From the NCBI GenBank assembly GCA_963693365.1, contig CAVNZM010000015.1:4099502-4163501 (forward strand): a stretch of DNA of 64,000 nt, read 5' to 3'. This DNA is from Amoebidium appalachense. Lineage: Eukaryota; Protista; Ichthyosporea. Of the stretch, positions 41,623 through 64,000 are shown piece after piece. A program made the translations under genes and the position numbers. How positions within the stretch are numbered: position 1 is the stretch's first letter; every line of letters begins with the position of its first letter. The notes below the pieces were generated by a model. It was given only the letters and a program-made list of their open reading frames with translations, made no database searches and had not been told where the DNA came from.

Positions 41623-42089
41623 TTTAAACACTTGGGGCCTGGCCCCCTGCCCCCCTAGTGCGACTACGTTACCGCAAACATTCCCGTATTCCAGTGTGCT
41701 CGGCAATGCTGCTCATGGCCTTCCCGGACTGGTTGTGACCAGTAAAGAGCGCGCCAATTCCTGACCGCCGCCTACAGCAGTGTATGATCTGTTATCCATA
41801 TTCGGCAAAAGGGGTCTTGCCCAACCAATGGCTTGAATCCTTGTAACTTTGCTTTATCCATATAAGGTTAGCTGAACACCCCCCCTCCAATCATACCCCC
41901 CCCTTCTCTCTAGTAGTAGCTCCTGGCATGCCGCACCCCCCTACATTACTGTTTGTACTACTAGTCTGTTTACACTTCGAGGCAGACTTGAGGAGGCCGC
42001 TCTGAACTCTGTGTTCAGAGTCTGAACTCTGTGTTCAGATGGCCGTGGGCAGGCGTACACTCCCGGAGGGGGAGCGAGAGAGACAGGAG

Positions 42090-42197
<108 letters not shown>

Positions 42198-42314
42198 CTG
42201 GGGGCCCTGAGAGGAGACTGAGGGAGAGGGAGAGAGAGTGAGAGAGAGAGCGACAGAGAGAGATCAGAGAGCGAGAGAGAGAGAGAGAGAGATTAGAGAG
42301 AGAGGAGAGATCAG

Positions 42315-42385
<71 letters not shown>

Positions 42386-43126
42386 CCAGAGATCTGGGAG
42401 AGCCTGAGGCGAGAGGATTAGAGAGAGAGAAATAGAGTTGTGTGTATGTGTGCCTGTCACAGTGCGTTTGTCTGTGGTTGCCCACCTCTCCCGGCGAATT
42501 CTGTTTTGAACAGCCTGAGCACATATATGTATGATCACGGTGACCCCCCCTCCCCTCCTCCCGGCCCCCTTTCGTATCGAATTCCTTCAAAACTTCAGGC
42601 TGATTGCTTAACCCGTGTGCGCTGCATTATAAACTTAATTTAATCGTTCTTTAACAACAGAGGTCGTTGGTCTTCATGCCTTTAAGTTACACGGATATTG
42701 TGAAACAAAAGCCTTTAAGATAACTACGCCAACTCCTAATCCTGTAGTGTGCAAACGACACTACATAGTACAAATAAATCAGCCACTCTAAATATAGAAA
42801 TCACAACCATGCATATGTCATAAGCACATAGGGACTTATGACACATAACTTCAACAAAAAGCTTCAAGGCATTAGTGATCAGTTCATAACTATCTACAGA
42901 GGGACTCACACACAAGGGCTGCCTGGCATAATTATAAATGTCTTAAAGAAGACACAGAAAACTCGAAGACCTGAACAGGAACATATAACGTAACGACTCT
43001 TTACCTTAGACGAATTCCTTCTGACTACACAACTATCACATCTGTACATAATACTGCGAAATAATATCTATCGAAACGGCATTATTGTGACACATTCATT
43101 AGTCAGTACATGGTCACACACACACA

Positions 43127-43166
<40 letters not shown>

Positions 43167-43209
43167 GTACGCACACACACGCACACACGCACACACGCAT
43201 ACACACGCA

Positions 43210-43277
<68 letters not shown>

Positions 43278-43590
43278 AGCGTCACCAATCAACGAACCGT
43301 TGAAGCGCAACCGACAATAACCACTGTGACACCGCCAGATTTAAACATCGGATCAATTAAAACGTAAAATAACCTTTGTTTACGGAGCCTCACTGTGACT
43401 AAACGAGCACGCATACCATTGCTAAAGGTCAACAAAGAGAGTAGCCTTCGTCATATTATCTTGTCAACTGTTAAAGTTAAAATACAAATGATATCCTTCG
43501 TGCAGAAAAACAAAAAAAAAAGAGTTCTTTGGATCTTTTTCGTATTAAATTTATATATATATATATATTAAACAAGAAAAAGAGTTCTTT

Positions 43591-43644
<54 letters not shown>

Positions 43645-43686
43645 CTTTCTTCCTTTTCTTTTCTTTTCTTTCTTTCTTTCTTTTTT

Positions 43687-43771
<85 letters not shown>

Positions 43772-43841
43772 CACATACAAGGATCTACCATAAGGCTCGT
43801 GCCTACTGGCTAGATGTCAAATGTACCGGGGGTAGGCCCAA

Positions 43842-57355
<13,514 letters not shown>

Positions 57356-60300
57356 GATAATCCGATTTACTTGAGTATACGAGGCAAACTTTGCCGCCAC
57401 GAAACTGAACTGTCGTGGTGAACTTTGCCAACACTATGATTGCGCTTGGTTGGCCGGGCAGAGTTGAAAGGTCTATAAGGCTTAGATTCAGTGCTTCCTG
57501 GGCACGCCGTGGCACTTCTATGAAGCACCGAAACCCGTTTCAAAGAGTCAGTGATGTAATGCCTGCGCAACGGACTGCTACGTAACAACGTGGCGCCGGA
57601 TTCACACTGACCGTCTGTCTGAAACCGAACCCTTAGAACCTTTAAAACCTACTTGTCACTGAGTCAGACGCCGGCCTTGTAACTGTTGTAGTAGTACAAA
57701 CCGGGCCGGGTTCCAACCTTAGGTCAAAAATCCCTATAAAAGGGATTCAACGGTCTTGCAGAAGGAGGAAGCTTCGGAAAAAAAGATGAGGGAGAAGGGG
57801 GGAGGGGGTGGCTAATAAACGAAGCCCCGCCCCCGGAAGAGTTACTCCCTTTAGTAGCTACAAAGTTTGTCGATCTGTTAAGCAAAAATTTACCGTGATC
57901 CCGGAATGATGTCACTGATCGTGACTCACCCCGCTAACTGTGTGACTCCGGCAACTGAGGTTGGAACTACTGGGCCAAACTAGGCGTTTGTATAATAGCA
58001 AGTGGCACTGGGCTTTGTTACAGTTGAGTATTTCCTGGATAAGAACTTGAGTTGAATCGTACCGAGAATGCTTAACTATGGCTGTTCTATGACTGAGGTG
58101 AATTCGCCATGTTGGAAGATGATCAATATGGAAGGGTCGAAGCAGCCTGGTCACTGCGTGGCAACCAGGGGCTTGAACTCGCAAGCCGGCATAACTATTT
58201 AATGAACTAGATTGAAATTCAAGCCGACTTTAGAGCTGGGTTCTCCAGTAAACAAATGCTCGTATAGTAATCAGGCTGAGGAGTATGTAGTTGTAAACTC
58301 GGTGATGACCATCCAAGACACTCCCTTCCAGTGCTGGCAACGAAGAAACGGTCACTGCTCAGAGAGTTACTGTAGAAGTTAAAACGAACACGCCGAACCC
58401 AAAGCAAAACTGAAAATGATCAGCAACAGTCTTAGTGAAACGTGGCCATCAACTCCTTTGAAAGCCTGAAACGCTACACCTTAGACTAAATGACTATTGC
58501 AGTGACATTGTCCAAGTTTAGTTAATACCACGGGTTCCTATTTAGAAGGGTCAGAATTTAAAATAAAAACGTGACTCACTGGCAGTGTTGAGTTCAAAGA
58601 GATGCTGTCAGATATTAAGATTCAAAATAACACATGTGCATCATGATCACGGTTTTTACGAACCAAACCTATAACTATCACTTTCGCTTTCACGGTGTTA
58701 TCATCGGAACAACTTTCTCAGTTTGTGCACACAACTGTACTGACACTTTCACCGTTGGGCTGCTTGTTCGAACTGACCAGGGCTCGAATGATATCCCCTC
58801 AATCAAACCCCTTATTTCATACCCTGACGATCGCATTCCAATGATCTGCAACAGGGCTTTGACATTTTCTCTATATAAAATTTGCCGATCATTCGAGCCC
58901 TAGGATTTCAAGGGAGTTGATGGCCACGTAAACAGCGTAAACCCACACAGTGATATCGATGTCGAATGTACATATAAACTGATGGGGAAGGGGGGAATGT
59001 GCTGATTCCGGATCCCCGAAATTTTCACCCCGTACGGAAGAGAGTACGTCGCGTAGACAAGGAAAAACTACTGGTTGACAGTGTTTTGTTGAAGAAATAA
59101 AGCAAATTAATCTAACATCTATCGGCGTGGGATACAAGAAAAGGAAAAACTTAACGGTATAACAAGAGACTGCATATTGCTTACGACCCGCCCACCCTTA
59201 ATTTTAGTTCCATTTTCTCGGAATTATAGGTAATTCCACAGCCTGGCGATGGCGTCAGGCTTCCGGGAAAATGATTAGCATCCGGCTCAAAAGTTTAAAC
59301 ATATCCTAAGGAATGTTAGGGCCGAAATTGCTTGAATTTTGGATAATTTTGAAATTTTCTATGTTTGGGTCCGATACTTTAAGAGTGCCCGTTAATGACA
59401 TAACCTGTAGCCAGTATATTATACCCACATTAGGCTGTTATTTGCATCAAGCCACTCTACCGTTAATCTTTATAAAGAGAGTCTAACTGCGTTTTATACC
59501 CTGGGGGAGATACCAGTACTGTTCAAACCCTGTAGGAATGTTGGAGCGGCGGGTAGGGTCATGTAAATCTAACCCAAAAACTGCCGATCTATCCCAACGC
59601 ATTATCCTAGATCTCTCCCAAAGTGACTTATTTAACTATCATAGATCCTATCCCGCAAATAAATCCAGTCAAAAGAAAAAGATAATCCTCAAATTTGGTC
59701 TGCATTGCTCTTTAAAGGGCTGACTTGCTTGCTGTGCCCCGGTAGGTTTTGAGGGGGGCCTGTTGGGGGGCAGCAGTAATGATGTCTTCTTGCAAGGAGT
59801 GTGGCCTGGTCATCATCGCTGCATATGACTAGTTGGAGCAAACTAGTTTCACGCATACACGCGTGCACTTGTACCTTTGCCCGCTGGTGTCCTTTGGTCA
59901 CTTGTTGTTTTATTTTTTATTTCATCGCTGTGGCTCTTTCGAAGTCGGTTATTTTGGTGTCATGTAGCCTGTGGCTGCACGTTGCCTTCATCTCCAGCTG
60001 GACCACTGATCAATAAATCCCAGTCAAGAGAAAAAAAAAAAAGTGTGCCTAAATATCCCCACGATCTATCCCTAGAGGCCCTATCTATCACGAGATATAT
60101 CATTTCTCTCCGAGAGTAACTATCCCGGTCGAATATCCCGGTAATTATATAAACAATCCATGGGGTGCTAGGCTTGTTTACATAATACTAAGCACCCAAT
60201 GCATGTGTGCGTAGTCACAGTCCTTATATACAGTGGTTCAAAGATGTGCAATATTAACAAGACAATGTGTGCAAGGTCCGAGCGGCTATCTCGGGTGAAT

Positions 60301-60391
60301 TCACGGTCAAATTCATGCGACCCACCGTGACCCACGGACCGGCCCGGGGCCAGGCGCACGACGTGGCCAGGAACCCAATGTAAGTAGAAGA

Positions 60392-60587
60392 GGGGGTTTA
60401 CGCTGTTTACTCGAGGCAAAGAGAACCAGTCTCAGGTATGGGGGGGGGGGTTTTGCTCGGAATATCCCCTCAGCGGTATATCATGATCACGTACATAGAT
60501 GTCGGGTGGTGACTATATATCAGGGTTTACTTTCTCTACGAGACACCATAAAGACTACAAGGAGAAATCAATTAGTTGGGGTTCCCC

Positions 60588-60631
<44 letters not shown>

Positions 60632-60663
60632 GGGCTCCCCTCGGGACACTCGGTATCAGCTGG

Positions 60664-60718
<55 letters not shown>

Positions 60719-60909
60719 TGTGTGTGTGTGCGCGTGCGCTATAATTTTGTAGTGATGTGTTTCTCAAGCCAATCAATACATCTAATAAACAGGTCGTAGT
60801 TACGCGTGTTTAGTATAAAATCAAGGATGTTGTAATTTACAGGTAGGCTATCTTTCTGGGTGTCTGTTGTGAATGTGACGTGTGTGTGTTGCGGTATTAT
60901 GTGGTCTAT
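60392..60909 (-). mobile_element. Severely 5'-truncated LINE copy (last ~55 codons plus 3' tail)
   Basis: Essentially identical to 62002-62533 apart from homopolymer and microsatellite lengths. Similarity stops abruptly at GTGGTCTAT|TGAAG. Confidence 0.93.
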
Positions 60910-61539
60910 TGAAGCACAAACCATATGAATCCCTCATAGCTATATTATTTAGTGCATGTATACATTTTTACTGAACAGCCTGGTTGTCACTGGGTGAATA
61001 TAAAGGAGTTTTTATAACATGATGCTGTACGTTCATTATAGGCCTGCATAGCGGCCGCTAGCGGGCCGCGAGTCCGGGCCCGTTGACCGGCCCGTTGAAA
61101 CGGGGATGTAACGGGGGGTGTCACGAAAATACAATTTTTTGTTTTTACCCCATTGGTTTCTGGAGACTACGTTATGCATTTTGATTGGTATTTGGTCATT
61201 TTCGACGCGCAAAAGTTACCAAATATGTATACTAATGACGACATTTCTAACCCCGGATTTGCCAATCTATCCCGACCACTGAAGCGGGATATTTCCACCC
61301 CACCTGGATAGATCGGCTGTGCTGGAAAACGCAGTAGGTCGTCGAATGTGGCTGGGCCTCCGGCAGTGTCCACGCAATAAAAAGTGTGTAAACCCCGATA
61401 GATCGTCTATCCTGGGTCCCCTTTGATCTATCACAAAACTACCTGAATATCCTGGATATATCAAGTATCCCGAGGCCCCCTATCTATCACAAATTTCTCC
61501 GAGATATATTTACATGGCCCTAGCGGCGGGGCACAATTC

Positions 61540-61960
61540 GCGATTGGCGGCCCTGGAGTGACAAACGTGGTTTGATTGGTTTGAGATTGAATCGTCATTT
61601 CCGATTGGCTGACGCAGCGTGACAATTGCACCGAATGACTTTTGCATGTATCGACTGCCGGTTACATGTTCATCGACTGCCGGTTACATGTTCATGTCTA
61701 CAGGTGTTGTTTTTCTATTGAACATGGAAACACGTGTGAAAAACTCTGAGCTATTGAAAGTGTACTGTACAACTCCTGCAAGACGCGCTTAGGCTTTTTT
61801 ATTAGACCTGCCCGGCGGGCCGGCACTGCCCGGCAGCCTGGCTGCCGATTGGACTCGTCATGACGACGTCAGCTAGCTGAGTCAGCACGCGCGCGTCACA
61901 TATACGGCGCGTGAGCTTTTATTGTGACGTTCCAGAACGTTCCATGACTCACACGTACCC
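61540..61960. promoter_or_regulatory. Dense cluster of CCAAT, AP-1/CRE and HSE-like motifs (candidate promoter or enhancer)
   Basis: GATTGG x4, TGAGTCA (61879), TGACTCA (61945), GACGTCA, and a perfect TTCnnGAAnnTTC at 61930-61942, in CpG-rich non-coding DNA. Confidence 0.4.
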
Positions 61961-62001
61961 GTGAACACATGATACCGGCTGTGACCGGCACATATGCACA
62001 T

Positions 62002-62199
62002 GGGGGGTTTACGCTGTTTACTCGAGGCAAAGAGAACCAGTCTCAGGTATGGGGGGGGGGGGTTTTGCTCGGAATATCCCCTCAGCGGTATATCATGATC
62101 ACGTACATAGATGTCGGGTGGTGACTATATATCAGGGTTTACTTTCTCTACGAGACACCATAAAGACTACAAGGAGAAATCAATTAGTTGGGGTTCCCC

Positions 62200-62257
<58 letters not shown>

Positions 62258-62289
62258 GGGCTCCCCTCGGGACACTCGGTATCAGCTGG

Positions 62290-62342
<53 letters not shown>

Positions 62343-64000
62343 TGTGTGTGTGTGCGCGTGCGCTATAATTTTGTAGTGATGTGTTTCTCAAGCCAATCAA
62401 TACATCTAATAAACAGGTCGTAGTTACGCGTGTTTAGTATAAAATCAAGGATGTTGTAATTTACAGGTAGGCTATCTTTCTGGGTGTCTGTTGTGAATGT
62501 GACGTGTGTGTGTTGCGGTATTATGTGGTCTATCAAACTACATTTGGCGATACATGACCGGTTAAACTGGTGTGTGTGTGTGTTGTTTGGGCATGCAAAT
62601 GATGCCACCTTATACTTATTAGATCTCCACTGTATAGCACGTGTACAGTAAAAGCGTGGTAATTGATCAATAATACCATCAGCTAGAGAAAGACCAGTTC
62701 TACAGGAAGGTAATATGTATTTAGGTGTTATACACTTGCGAGTGCCATATTTGGCAATATGGTTGAGGCGGTCAGTATATATAAAACGAGACATAAGGCT
62801 TAGTTTTTCAAGGTGTATGCTTTCATCGGGTCTAGTGTCGTTTGGTATCTTTTTCCATTTGTTATATTGCGTGATTATCTTGTGATTGTGTACATGTTTA
62901 ATAAGTAAGTGGCAGTCCAAAGTCACACACACACTATTGCGGGGTTTATTTGTATTTGTGCCCAGGGGAGAAGGGGAGAGAGAGGGGAGGAAAGAGGGGA
63001 GAGGTGAGGAGGGGACAGGTCGGATAGAGAAGAGAGGGTGGGAGGGCAAATACTTCTTTAAGCGGCTTATGTGCTTATTGAATTTCAGCGCGAGATAGGA
63101 TACTCTAGCAGCTATTGGGACCAGACCATATATCGAGAGCGTTACAGGCCCAGGTTTACAACAGTTGTTAGATAGAAAGGAGGCAACTTCTGCTTCAAGG
63201 AAATTTGCCAAGGGTTTAAGCGCTCTAGTTCTCTCTTTCTTGATCCAAGCGGCGAGAAGGGGTAAACCATATTCACATGCCGGGAAGACAAAAGTGCGAA
63301 TAAATGTAAGTCTAATAGAAGGATGGAGGGGTGTGTCTTTAAAAATATTAGCCGAGAAGAAAGCTAACCGCTTACGAGCCAACTCTACCCTCTTTTCGAC
63401 CATATGGGGAAACATAACACCAACAGAATCAACCGGAACACCAAGATATTTGTATTCTGGAACTATAGGTACAGGTTTAGATGATAATGTAAATGTGTGT
63501 AAATTGTTAGCTATATCAGGTACAAGAACACCACATTTGTCTATGTTAAGGATCATAAGGTTTGCCTTGCACCACTCTGACACTACATCGAACAATCTTT
63601 GCAGGCGTCTAGGGGTACGGGCAAGGAGGGACAGATCATCAGCATAGAGAAGTGCAGGCGGAAAGTTATTAATAGGGTCATCGTTTTCGGCGTAAATCTT
63701 GACAGCCAAATCATCTATAAATAGGTTAAACAAAAAGGGGCTAAGCAATGAGCCCTGCAAGAGACCTCTAGTACGAGCAAAACCATATGAAAGATGCCCA
63801 TTAACCACAGCTCTACCATAGGTTTGAGACAAGAGTGCTTCTAACAGAACACCAATGCAGTGTGGTACACCCCGTGCAGCAAGCTTTTCCCATAGGAGAC
63901 CAGGGGAGACAGAATCGTAAGCAGTTTTCCAATCAATAAAGCCAACATATTGTGCACCAACTTGCATAGAATCGTGCAGTGCCATTATTTGAACATAACA
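62002..64000 (-). mobile_element. Non-LTR retrotransposon (LINE-type), young copy extending beyond the right edge
   Basis: Uninterrupted RT ORF followed by (CA)n, a short spacer, an internal (A)n and a ~200-bp tail ending GTAAACAGCGTAAACCCCCC. Confidence 0.93.
62363..64000 (-). CDS. LINE reverse transcriptase, C-terminal part of the ORF
   Basis: FIDWKTAYDSV, RGLLQGSLLSPFLFNLFIDDL, LLYADD, NIDKC, YKYLGV, and C-terminal CPNNTHTHQFNRSCIAKC..ILDFILN. No stops over 540 aa. Confidence 0.93.
   Translation of the reverse strand, partial: CYVQIMALHDSMQVGAQYVGFIDWKTAYDSVSPGLLWEKLAARGVPHCIGVLLEALLSQTYGRAVVNGHLSYGFARTRGLLQGSLLSPFLFNLFIDDLAVKIYAENDDPINNFPPALLYADDLSLLARTPRRLQRLFDVVSEWCKANLMILNIDKCGVLVPDIANNLHTFTLSSKPVPIVPEYKYLGVPVDSVGVMFPHMVEKRVELARKRLAFFSANIFKDTPLHPSIRLTFIRTFVFPACEYGLPLLAAWIKKERTRALKPLANFLEAEVASFLSNNCCKPGPVTLSIYGLVPIAARVSYLALKFNKHISRLKKYLPSHPLFSIRPVPSSPLPSFLPSLSPSPLGTNTNKPRNSVCVTLDCHLLIKHVHNHKIITQYNKWKKIPNDTRPDESIHLEKLSLMSRFIYTDRLNHIAKYGTRKCITPKYILPSCRTGLSLADGIIDQLPRFYCTRAIQWRSNKYKVASFACPNNTHTHQFNRSCIAKCSLIDHIIPQHTHVTFTTDTQKDSLPVNYNILDFILNTRNYDLFIRCIDWLEKHITTKL

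Overview
Eukaryotic genomic DNA, extremely rich in microsatellites and homopolymers (poly-G/C, (CA)n, (GA)n, (TA)n). Nearly all ORFs in the supplied track are low-complexity artefacts; the real genes had to be rebuilt by hand from phase-consistent exons. The gene set suggests a non-animal opisthokont, possibly a unicellular holozoan, but this is inference only. In window order: (1) an FKBP-type PPIase (minus, runs off the left edge), head-to-head with (2) a 10-exon, ~953-aa CaMK-type kinase fused to a CaM-binding helix, NCS/visinin-type EF hands and a PH domain; (3) a decayed LINE; (4) two tandem cAR/Git3-like 7TM receptors, one interrupted by a three-LTR copia-type TRIM with a 5-bp TSD; (5) a 6-exon, ~1530-aa DUF6729-type DDE/DxxH transposase-like protein with a WRN-like 3'-5' exonuclease inserted inside its catalytic domain; (6) a 14-exon, ~501-aa bHLH-PAS-PAS transcription factor that the ORF track does not reveal; (7) two more copies of the same LINE family, which end in a conserved tail and TAAACCCCC rather than poly(A). 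Also noted: a small intronic repeat family always in sense orientation beside G/C runs, minisatellites anchored on splice sites, and several non-canonical splice sites. No RNA genes or CRISPR arrays were seen. All domain calls come from motif recognition, not database searches.
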